A stretch of DNA of 64,000 nt from Bacillota bacterium (GTDB lineage Bacteria; Bacillota; Desulfotomaculia; Desulfotomaculales; Desulfocucumaceae). A program made the position numbers and the translations under genes. The notes beneath the pieces were generated by a model. The model was not told the DNA's origin. It did no database searches and saw only the letters and a program-made list of their open reading frames with translations. The DNA lies in assembly GCA_049325075.1 (NCBI GenBank), contig JBMOPF010000085.1, positions 12,065-76,064 on the forward strand. Reading direction: 5' to 3'. Positions 16,646 through 24,253 of the stretch are shown in pieces. The first letter of the stretch is position 1, and every line of letters starts with the position of its first letter.

Positions 16646-17824
16646 CTATTCTACTTTTACCATCACGGCGTCTCCCTGGGCTGCTCCACTGCAAATGGCG
16701 GCAATTCCAACACCGCCCCCGCGGCGGCGGAGCTGGTTGATCAGCGTCATCAGCACCCTGGCCCCGCTGGCGCCTATGGGGTGCCCGTAAGCCACAGCCC
16801 CTCCATTGATATTAATCTTTTCATGGGGAATGTTTGATATCTTTGAGCTGACCAGGGTCACAGCGGCAAAGGCCTCGTTTATTTCAAACAGGTCAACCTG
16901 GTCAACTGTCATGCCAAGGGACGATAAAAGCTTATTGATGGCGAGGCCGGGCACTGTTGCGATGTAGGAGGCCTCCCTGGACACCGAGGCATGGCCCATT
17001 ATGACTGCCGACGGCCGGAGGCCGTTATTGGCGGCGAATTCCTCTCCGACAACCACCAGCGCGCCGGCGCCATCGTTGACACCCGGGGCGTTTCCGGCGG
17101 TGACGGTGTTTTCGGGATCAAAAACAGGGGGGAGCCTTCTCAGCGCCTCAATGGAGGTGTCCCGCCGGGGACCCTCGTCCATGGAAACAACCAGCGGCTC
17201 GCCCTTCTTTTGGGCAATTTGCACCGGAATAATCTCTTCGTCAAGAATTCCGCTGTCTTGTGCGGCCACAGCTTTGACGTGGCTTCTCAGCGCCCACTGG
17301 TCCTGCTCCTCCCTGGAGACACCATACTCTCTGGCCACCTTTCCGCCGTGGACAGCCATGTGGCGGTCATGAAAAGCGCACCAGAGACCGTCGTGCACCA
17401 TAAGGTCGGTTAATTTCCCGTCGCCCATCCTCAGGCCCCAGCGGGCCCTGACTATATACGGAGCGTTGCTCATGCTCTCCATGCCCCCGGCGACCACAAC
17501 CCGTGCGTCCCCGGCCCTTATGGCCTGGTCCGCCATGGTTACGCTGCGCATACCGGATGCGCATACCTTATTAACTGTCTCGGAAGGCACCTCCCAGGGA
17601 AGCCCGGCATTGATGGTGGCCTGGCGGGACGGAATCTGGCCGGCCCCGCCCTGGAGCACCATGCCCATAATGACATTATCGATTGAATTATCCTCAATTC
17701 CGGACCTTCTTATGGCCTCCCGTATGACAATGCCGCCCAGTTCGACGGCCTTTAGCGGGGAAAGGCCGCCTCCCAGTTTACAAAAAGGCGTCCTGACTGC
17801 GCCAAGAATAACAGATCTTTGCAA
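16646..17824 (-). CDS. acetyl-CoA C-acetyltransferase (thiolase II)
   Basis: 392 aa. 'VNKVCASGMRSV' (active-site Cys), '[19 protein letters not shown]' and 'CSGAAQGDA'. Confidence 0.9.
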   Translation of the reverse strand: MQRSVILGAVRTPFCKLGGGLSPLKAVELGGIVIREAIRRSGIEDNSIDNVIMGMVLQGGAGQIPSRQATINAGLPWEVPSETVNKVCASGMRSVTMADQAIRAGDARVVVAGGMESMSNAPYIVRARWGLRMGDGKLTDLMVHDGLWCAFHDRHMAVHGGKVAREYGVSREEQDQWALRSHVKAVAAQDSGILDEEIIPVQIAQKKGEPLVVSMDEGPRRDTSIEALRRLPPVFDPENTVTAGNAPGVNDGAGALVVVGEEFAANNGLRPSAVIMGHASVSREASYIATVPGLAINKLLSSLGMTVDQVDLFEINEAFAAVTLVSSKISNIPHEKININGGAVAYGHPIGASGARVLMTLINQLRRRGGGVGIAAICSGAAQGDAVMVKVE

Positions 17825-17951
17825 TGGTAACCATCCCCCAAATTTTATTTTTGTTGACTATATTCAAAAAACAGATGAATCAAAAACTTTATGATGCAAT
17901 ATGTATGCCACGTTCCAGGGCCCGTTGGGCTTGGTCCGAACGGACACAGTA

Positions 17952-18000
17952 TTGTTTACAAAGATAAACACACGAACATGTGTAAACAATAGATTACACA
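17952..18000. promoter_or_regulatory. cluster of overlapping inverted repeats (candidate operator array) upstream of the thl-acd-cobO-icmAB operon
   Basis: TTGTTTA-N6-TAAACAc (17952-17971), TGTGTAA-N8-TTACACA (17979-18000) and the outer pair TTGTTTACA-N20-TGTAAACAA (17952-17989). Confidence 0.4.
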
Positions 18001-18141
18001 CATAAATTCCAGCGCACAGGAGATACAGTTTTCCTGAACTATACATCAAAAAGATTTTGCATTTTACGCTGTATTTTATCTTGAACCGGCAGCTTGTTTA
18101 TGATAACATTTAACTATAAATTTAATATATATAAGAAACGT

Positions 18142-18195
18142 ACCACGAAGGTATTTTCCCGTAAGAAGCGGGGGAAACATCGTGTTTTTTTGTTT
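18142..18195 (+). terminator. structured terminator-like element A (CCACGAAGG family)
   Basis: ACCACGAAGGTATTTTCCCGTAAGAAGCGGGGGAAACATCGTG plus a T-run. The outer stem is CACGA/TCGTG and the inner hairpin is CCCG/CGGG. Confidence 0.5.
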
Positions 18196-18224
18196 TACCG
18201 TTTCATCAAACATGGAAAAATGAG

Positions 18225-18271
18225 GACCATGAAGGCCCGGCATCAGGAAAACCTTCGTGGTCTTTATTTTT
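18225..18271 (+). terminator. intrinsic terminator sharing the same 5' arm (GACCATGAAGG)
   Basis: GACCATGAAGG-16 nt-CCTTCGTGGTC, an 11-bp stem with one G-U pair, followed by TTTATTTTT. Confidence 0.65.
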
Positions 18272-18640
18272 CAATAATGACTGTTGATGAAAATCTATAT
18301 CTTTTATCGTATTCAATTTAAAAACCTTTATTTATGACCTCCCCTGGACAACTTAATATTATTTGTGTTAAAAGCTTCCTTGGCAGGGCTTTTAACCTCC
18401 TTAAGCCCGGCGTTTGCGGTTGCTCAGACACGCACCGCCGGGTAAATCCTCCTTTTTTATTGTGTATGGGACATGGCTTCTCCCGTATGCAATTTTTTTT
18501 AAGAGGGGAATTGCGCTGCAATATCTTAAAAGGACTAATTTTAATGCTGCCTGAAGGATATTTTGAAAACTGTGCAGAATAATATAATTAAAAGGCGGTA
18601 CGGAGCCGCTACAGTTTTTAATGTCATCCGGGGAAAAAAG

Positions 18641-18694
18641 CCACGAAGGTATATTCCGTATGAAGCGGGTATCTTTGTGGTTTTTATTATTTTG
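18641..18694 (+). terminator. structured terminator-like element B (CCACGAAGG family), directly upstream of the DUF3842 gene
   Basis: CCACGAAGGTATATTCCGTATGAAGCGGGTATCTTTGTGG plus a T-run. The outer stem is CCACGAAG/CTTTGTGG and the inner hairpin is CCG/CGG. About 80% identical to element A. Confidence 0.5.
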
Positions 18695-18723
18695 TGAGTA
18701 TTTTTAAACAGGAGAATTATGTT

Positions 18724-19158
18724 ATGAGAGTGGCAGTTGTGGATGGTCAGGGCGGTGGAATAGGAAAATTAATCACTGAAAAACTGAGGAAGTCAATGGG
18801 AGACAGGGTTGAGATAATAGCCCTGGGCACCAACGCACTGGCCACGGCAGCTATGCTGAAGGCCGGGGCAAATGAGGGGGCCAGCGGCGAAAACGCGGTC
18901 TGTGAAACAGTAAAAAGGGTTGATGCTGTTTTGGGCCCGATTTCGATAGTCCTTTCCAACTCAATGCTGGGGGAAGTTACCTGGAAAATGGCTTCGGCCA
19001 TCGCGGAAACAGATGCTGAAAAAATACTTATCCCACTGAACAGGCATAATGTGTCAATTGTAGGCCTGTACGGCGAACCTCTTCCACACCTTGTTGATAT
19101 GGCCGTTCAGCTGGTTGAAAAAAGATACGGATCCAAAACCACAAAAAAGGATGTGTAG
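18724..19158 (+). CDS. DUF3842-family protein
   Basis: 'MRVAVVDGQGGGIGKLITEKLRK' N-terminus typical of DUF3842 (from memory). AGGAGA RBS. The track ORF starts at 18694. Confidence 0.6.
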   Translation: MRVAVVDGQGGGIGKLITEKLRKSMGDRVEIIALGTNALATAAMLKAGANEGASGENAVCETVKRVDAVLGPISIVLSNSMLGEVTWKMASAIAETDAEKILIPLNRHNVSIVGLYGEPLPHLVDMAVQLVEKRYGSKTTKKDV

Positions 19159-19216
19159 GCCCAAATTTTTCAATGGACCTTGAAAGCTGTTCGCCGGTAG
19201 TCCAGTAATGTTTTTT

Positions 19217-19414
19217 TTATTTGAACTTTTTCTTCCATAAAATGTACAAGACAAAGCCCAGGCCGAAAAAAGCGCCGGTAAAGAGGCCCCAGACAAGGGT
19301 TTCCCCCCAGGGCCTGCCCCTTCTTCTGCAGTCAAACATGACCCAGACAGCGGAAAGGACAAGTAGTATAAGTACAAAATAATAGAATATTTCTGCTATA
19401 AGTTTGGTATTCAA
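19217..19414 (-). CDS. PLD-nuclease N-terminal (PLDc_N) domain small membrane protein
   Basis: 65 aa with two TM helices, 'VWVMFDCRRRG...W' and 'GLGFVLYILWKKK'. Confidence 0.55.
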   Translation of the reverse strand: MNTKLIAEIFYYFVLILLVLSAVWVMFDCRRRGRPWGETLVWGLFTGAFFGLGFVLYILWKKKFK

Positions 19415-19435
19415 TTAAAAACTCCCCAATGGTTA

Positions 19436-20389
19436 TCAGATTACGTCCCATCTCTGGCAGCGGGCGCCCCATCTGCCAATGACCCTGTCCTCCTCGTGTA
19501 TTTCTGCGATTTCACAGTTGTTGGGGCAGCCGCTGCACTCAAAGCTTCTGGTTCTGTATGGCAGGCCGGTTATCTTGAAGCCCTTGAAGCGGGTGGCGCC
19601 GGTCTTCTCAACCTCTTCCCTGGCCAGCTGGGCAGCGCCAATAGCGCCCATAACATTGAAATGGCGGGGTATTATGACAGGCATTTTCAGCGCCCTTTCG
19701 AAAGCCGCCTTGATGCCGGCGTTTGCCGCGACACCGCCTTGGAATACGACAGGAGGTAGTATTTCCTTGCCTTTGCCAACATTATTCAGGTAGTTCCTGA
19801 CCAGGGCCTCGCAGAGGCCGTTTATTATATCGGCCAGTTTGTGTCCCATCTGCTGCTTGTGTATCATGTCCGACTCGGCAAAGACAGTGCACCTTCCGGC
19901 GATGCGGACCGGCGAGGATGAACTGAGGGCCAGCTCTCCGAAATCCGCTATCGGTATGTTGAGCCGGGAGGCCTGTTGGTCCAGAAAAGAGCCTGTGCCG
20001 GCGGCGCACACCGTATTCATGGCAAAGTCCGTTACTATTCCCTGCCGCATAATTATTATCTTTGAGTCCTGTCCGCCAATCTCCAGCACCGTCTGGACCT
20101 CGGGCACGTACATTGAGGCAGCCACGGCGTGGGCGGTTATCTCGTTCTTGATAACATCCGCCCCCACCATAACACCGGCCAGATATCTGCCACTGCCGGT
20201 GGAACCGGCCCCTGCAATCTCCACATCTCCGGGAATAAGGCCGGCTATTTCGTTCAGGCCGGAAAGTATTGCCTCCAGCGGCCTGCCCCTGGTCCTTATG
20301 TACAGGTCGGCAAGAATCTCTCGGGACTGACTTACCACAACTATATTTGTGCTCACTGATCCCACGTCGATTCCCAGGTATGCTATCAT
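19436..20389 (-). CDS. BadF/BadG/BcrA/BcrD-type ATPase (acyl-CoA dehydratase-activase-like)
   Basis: 'YLGIDVGSVSTNIVVV', 'EIGGQDSK', 'CAAGTGSFLD' and a C-terminal Cys cluster 'CSGCPNNCEI'. Confidence 0.8.
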   Translation of the reverse strand: MIAYLGIDVGSVSTNIVVVSQSREILADLYIRTRGRPLEAILSGLNEIAGLIPGDVEIAGAGSTGSGRYLAGVMVGADVIKNEITAHAVAASMYVPEVQTVLEIGGQDSKIIIMRQGIVTDFAMNTVCAAGTGSFLDQQASRLNIPIADFGELALSSSSPVRIAGRCTVFAESDMIHKQQMGHKLADIINGLCEALVRNYLNNVGKGKEILPPVVFQGGVAANAGIKAAFERALKMPVIIPRHFNVMGAIGAAQLAREEVEKTGATRFKGFKITGLPYRTRSFECSGCPNNCEIAEIHEEDRVIGRWGARCQRWDVI

Positions 20390-20472
20390 TTAAGTCCCTT
20401 CCTTTTTTAGAACCTCTCTTTGAGTCTGTCCCCGGAGGCCGGAACAATTTCCAACTTAGGAATGCCCGGAAA

Positions 20473-20506
20473 ATTCTGAGTCCTGAGTTCTGAGTTCTGA
20501 GTTCTG
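20473..20506 (+). repeat. heptanucleotide tandem repeat (GAGTTCT)n
   Basis: ATTCTGAGTCCTGAGTTCTGAGTTCTGAGTTCTG, between the DUF2229 gene and the activase gene. The reverse complement reads AGAACTC x3. Confidence 0.9.
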
Positions 20507-20535
20507 CCAGTATAAAAATATCATTATGAGTATAT

Positions 20536-21642
20536 TCAACCCACCGTCTGCCGGCAAGTCTGTCCAACGCTTGACTTTTTCCTGAGAATAAGGTCTACGA
20601 ATGCCTCAAGGCGGGTTGTCATGCCGGCCTTGCCGGTTTGTTCGTCCAGGAAAAAGGTGAGAACAGGTATATTGTGGTCCCGGCTTATCCGGGGGAGTAT
20701 TGTTTTGGCCACTATTTCCGGTATGCAGGTAAAGGGCGCCAGCTGTATCACCCCGTCGTAGCCTTCCTTTGCGTAAAGCACGGTGTGGCCGACCGATTCC
20801 TGGCCGTGGCCTCCAATACAGAGGGGGATATAAGGCCTGGCGGCTTCCTTGACGGTGAGTGTCTCCCTGGTGGTTTTTGCCGTATTATCCCTGGTCCAGC
20901 CTGTAAGAAACATGGACCGGTGAACCTCAACCCCCATGTTGCCCAGGGTTTCCTCTATTTCCAGATTGCTTGCCGGCTCCAGCATAACGTAAATCTCACC
21001 AACCATGCCAATCCTTATAACATCCCTGGCGGAATCGTGGGGAACAGACCTTATGGCTTCCAGGGCTGCCTCTCCGGAATCCTTTATTTCACTCATGCTG
21101 TGGGCGCCGTCCAGCCATTCCAGCACCTCCCGGTAAACCTTGGTGGTGCTTCCCCTTTTAAGCTCCCGCGGCCTAATGTAATGAGTCAGCTTTTCACAAT
21201 CATCAAGGTATTTGAGTTTTTCCCAGGCCCTCTTTATACAGTCCCATATTGCCCGGTAGGACATGCGGTTGGGGTTCAGGCGCCGTATTTTTTTAAGAAA
21301 ATCGATGGGATGGCTCTTGGGCGCCTCAAAAACAATTATGTCAACCGGAAACCCTGCGGAATTGAGTATTTTTTTGTGCAGTTGTCCGTAAAGTCCCGCC
21401 CGGCAAGGGCCGGAACCTCCGCTGGTGATTATCAGTTCAGCGCCGGCCATGCATGTTTCAAAATATGTTCCCGTCAGAATTTTAAGGGGCAGGCAGGCAA
21501 ATTCGGGTGAGTACCTGACTCCATAGTCCAGTGTTTTTTTACTGGGCCTGGGGGGTAGTACCACCTCATTGCCCATGTCGTTCATAAGCATTTTAAAGGT
21601 GCGATAGGACTCTCCCATGTGTGGAAAGGTAACCTTCGGCAT
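20536..21642 (-). CDS. acyl-CoA dehydratase activase-related protein (DUF2229 / HgdB-like fold), part 2
   Basis: 368 aa. 'YSPEFACLPLKILTGTY' and 'SGGSGPCRAGLYGQL'. Its ATG overlaps the upstream stop by 1 nt (TGATG). Confidence 0.65.
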   Translation of the reverse strand: MPKVTFPHMGESYRTFKMLMNDMGNEVVLPPRPSKKTLDYGVRYSPEFACLPLKILTGTYFETCMAGAELIITSGGSGPCRAGLYGQLHKKILNSAGFPVDIIVFEAPKSHPIDFLKKIRRLNPNRMSYRAIWDCIKRAWEKLKYLDDCEKLTHYIRPRELKRGSTTKVYREVLEWLDGAHSMSEIKDSGEAALEAIRSVPHDSARDVIRIGMVGEIYVMLEPASNLEIEETLGNMGVEVHRSMFLTGWTRDNTAKTTRETLTVKEAARPYIPLCIGGHGQESVGHTVLYAKEGYDGVIQLAPFTCIPEIVAKTILPRISRDHNIPVLTFFLDEQTGKAGMTTRLEAFVDLILRKKSSVGQTCRQTVG

Positions 21643-22628
21643 CAGTTAATCGCAGCCTCCTTTTTCCTCTTGACCATATCCACAAAAGCCTCAAGGCGGG
21701 TTGCTATCCCCGCGTCGCCGGTATGCTCGTCAATGGTAATGCTCATGAAGGGAACATTGGGGTGTTCCCTTGCTGAAAGCTCCATCAGCTTGTCGACCAT
21801 GGAGTCCGGGCCGCAGCCGAAAGCTGTGAGATGAATTATTCCGTCCACACTGCCCCTGTCAAATAGATAATACGCCGAGTTAAGGGCCAGGTCGCTGAAG
21901 GTCCAGAACATTTTCTTGTCCAGGGTGTTGGCCCTGGAAACTTTTTTGGGGGAGAGGTTTTCCATGGTAATGACCGTAATGCCCATCTTTTTAAGTTTTT
22001 TTACCAGGCCCACGCTGATGAACTGGTCGTGTACCTCATAGGGATAACCAAGAACGGCAAAGACAAGGGACCCCTTTTTTTCGGTCCTTGCCAGGGAACT
22101 TTTTCCTTCCTTCAGATGTGCCATTGCCTCGGGAGGGTGCAGACCCGCCCTCAGGAGGGACTGAAACCGCCTGGCCACAAACTGGGCCTTCAGGTATGCC
22201 CTGAGTATTTTGGCCCTGCCGAAACCAAGCATTTTACCTATCTTCAGATAAGCTTTCCAGATGGAGGCGATGCCTTCACGGGAGTCCATTTGCACGTCTA
22301 TTATGGGCGGCATACCGGTAAGGCCGTGCCTGATCATGTCGGGCATGCCAAGGAATTTGGGACAGTATATTGTTTTGCCGTTGAGACAGACAATTCTGGG
22401 AATGAAAAGGTAGTCCACCCGATCTTTCAGTGAAATAACATGGCCGAAAAAAAGCTTTACCGGCACGCAGGCATCGGCAAGAGCTTCCCGTACACCTTCA
22501 TCAAGGAGGCCTCTGGTTGTCTGTCCCGATGTAACAACTTCAACTCCCAGTTCATTGAAAAATGTTTGCCACATGGGAAAATGAACATAATAAAGAAGTG
22601 AACAGGGGATACCTACTCGGGCTGCCAA
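21642..22628 (-). CDS. acyl-CoA dehydratase activase-related protein (DUF2229), part 1
   Basis: 328 aa. 'VGIPCSLLYYVHFPMWQTFFNELGVEVV' and 'ADACVPVKLFFGH'. Resembles the non-ATPase portion of large fused CoA-enzyme activases. Confidence 0.65.
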   Translation of the reverse strand: MAARVGIPCSLLYYVHFPMWQTFFNELGVEVVTSGQTTRGLLDEGVREALADACVPVKLFFGHVISLKDRVDYLFIPRIVCLNGKTIYCPKFLGMPDMIRHGLTGMPPIIDVQMDSREGIASIWKAYLKIGKMLGFGRAKILRAYLKAQFVARRFQSLLRAGLHPPEAMAHLKEGKSSLARTEKKGSLVFAVLGYPYEVHDQFISVGLVKKLKKMGITVITMENLSPKKVSRANTLDKKMFWTFSDLALNSAYYLFDRGSVDGIIHLTAFGCGPDSMVDKLMELSAREHPNVPFMSITIDEHTGDAGIATRLEAFVDMVKRKKEAAIN

Positions 22629-22916
22629 ACCTTAAATAACCTCCTTGGGAAAATCATATTTTGCCGGAATTGCTATATTCCGCTCAGGTCAACAAAAATT
22701 AAATTCTATAAGTCACAAATAAAATCCTTCAAATTAAGCCAATAGTTCGTGGAACTAAATTTCAGGACGCGCCTGAAAACGCGTGGGCCGCGGCAAGGTC
22801 ATCCGGCTGAAGGGACCCCGGACGAAGGGGGGGGCATCCTTTTGGGGGGCGGGAGGAAAAATGCGCTATTTTGGCGTATACGGATAATTATATGAAAATG
22901 TTTCCGGAGGTTAAAA

Positions 22917-23525
22917 ATGTCCCTTATCAATTTGAATCCAGCGCACGACAAAGCCCGTGAAGAATTGGCCCGGCTGGCGCCGGAGGAAATTGCCGCCAGG
23001 GCAGGCGTGGTGTATGACCCTAGGCAGAGAGAATTAATAGTGCCTTTTTTTAATGTTAATCACCTGGTAAGCTTCCCCGCGGGGGATATCAGAACTGCTG
23101 AGGGGGACAGCGAGGTTTCCCTTACCGACAGGGTTTGTATTCTTCACTACCTGACGCATGCCAGCGGAATGCCCCTGACGGGAAGGCTGGTTACCTTCAA
23201 GGAGTTGCCAAATGGCTCAATTTATGTGGGCCCATTCAATAACAGGGCTGTAAGGCCCCTGGTTTCCGTTTTCGGCGACAGGCCGGAAAAGATGGTGGAG
23301 GCAGGTCTGAAAATGGGCGGGACAAGGGCTGAAATGGGTGACTGGTCGGTAACTGTGCCGGTTTTCCCCAGGGTGCCCATTACCTTTGTTATATGGGAGG
23401 GTGACGAGGAATTTCCCCCTTCCGGCAACATACTGTATGATTCATCCGCCCCGCATCAACTGGAAACGGAAGATTATGCGCTGCTGCCGGGACTGGCCAT
23501 ATTCCGGATGAAAAAGCTGGTTTAG
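22917..23525 (+). CDS. DUF3786-domain protein
   Basis: 202 aa. The N-terminus 'AHDKAREELARLAPEEIAARAGVVYD' resembles DUF3786 members (from memory). GGAGG RBS. Confidence 0.5.
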   Translation: MSLINLNPAHDKAREELARLAPEEIAARAGVVYDPRQRELIVPFFNVNHLVSFPAGDIRTAEGDSEVSLTDRVCILHYLTHASGMPLTGRLVTFKELPNGSIYVGPFNNRAVRPLVSVFGDRPEKMVEAGLKMGGTRAEMGDWSVTVPVFPRVPITFVIWEGDEEFPPSGNILYDSSAPHQLETEDYALLPGLAIFRMKKLV

Positions 23526-23666
23526 AGGAATGGGGACATAGAGGAATGGGGACACACCTCTGTTTGGGGCATGACTATGGGGTTGGAGGAATGTCCCCGA
23601 TTGGGGGAATGGGGACACACCTCTGTTTGGGGCATGACTATGGGGTTGGAGGAATGTCCCCGATTG
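23526..23666 (+). repeat. 63-nt tandem direct repeat (2 full copies plus a 14-nt partial), each unit containing an inverted repeat
   Basis: The unit GGAATGGGGACACACCTCTGTTTGGGGCATGACTATGGGGTTGGAGGAATGTCCCCGATTG occurs at 23543 and 23606. GAGGAATGGGGACA also occurs at 23526. GGGGACA/TGTCCCC form the stem. Confidence 0.9.
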
Positions 23667-23716
23667 AACAGGGTAAATATTGGCCCGTCAAGGAGGGCCG
23701 GGACGGGAGGAAATAG

Positions 23717-24253
23717 ATGGAACTGGTGGAAAAAAGGCTTTCCTCAAAAATTGTATACAGGGGAAAGATACTCAATCTGAGGGTGGACAGCGTGGAATTG
23801 CCCAATGGGAGGACTGCCAGCAGGGAAGTGGTGGAATATGCCGGAGCGGTGGCGATAGTTCCATTTATTGAAAAGGATGAAATACTGCTGGTAAGACAGT
23901 ACAGGTATCCGGTGGGAAAGTTGCTTCTGGAAGTGCCGGCCGGAAAGATGGAAGAGGGGGAGGACCCTGGAGAAACTGCCGCCAGGGAGTTGATAGAGGA
24001 GACAGGCTACCGGGCCGGTGAAATAAAATTTCTTTTCAGTTACTACTCAACACCGGGGTTTACCAATGAAAAAATGTATTTATACATGGCCAGGAATTTG
24101 ACTTATGTGGGTGAGCGGCCGGATGAGGATGAATTTGTTCAGGCCGAGCGTGTGACCATGGAAAAAGCCCTTGAAATGATTAAGGGAGGAGGCATTTGTG
24201 ACGCCAAGTCAATTGTGGGAATACTGGCGGCAAAGAGGGAAATGGACAGCTAA
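23717..24253 (+). CDS. nudF: ADP-ribose pyrophosphatase (NUDIX hydrolase)
   Basis: Nudix box 'GKMEEGEDPGETAARELIEETG'. 178 aa. Confidence 0.85.
   Translation: MELVEKRLSSKIVYRGKILNLRVDSVELPNGRTASREVVEYAGAVAIVPFIEKDEILLVRQYRYPVGKLLLEVPAGKMEEGEDPGETAARELIEETGYRAGEIKFLFSYYSTPGFTNEKMYLYMARNLTYVGERPDEDEFVQAERVTMEKALEMIKGGGICDAKSIVGILAAKREMDS

Noticed and set aside
18094-18582. Track ORFs 18094..18321 (+), 18318..18521 (-) and 18334..18582 (+) in the long AT-rich spacer
   Set aside because: They have no RBS and a low-complexity Lys/Arg/Phe-rich translation. They span predicted terminators. The region is treated as non-coding and regulatory.
22820-22840. CCGGACGAAGG resembling the guanidine-III or mini-ykkC (ACGR loop) riboswitch cores. 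The CCACGAAGG arms at 18142 and 18641 were checked for the same reason.
   Set aside because: The flanking sequence cannot form the required ACGR tetraloop hairpins closed by C-G pairs, or the guanidine-III pseudoknot. No guanidine transporter or carboxylase genes lie downstream.
23526-23666. Possible CRISPR array
   Set aside because: The repeats are directly contiguous with no unique spacers, there are only about 2 copies, and no cas genes are present in the window.
23571-23780. 69-aa ORF with an internally repeated peptide (MTMGLEECPRL...)
   Set aside because: The repetition is simply the translation of the 63-nt tandem DNA repeat. There is no RBS, and the real nudF start with an RBS lies inside it in another frame.
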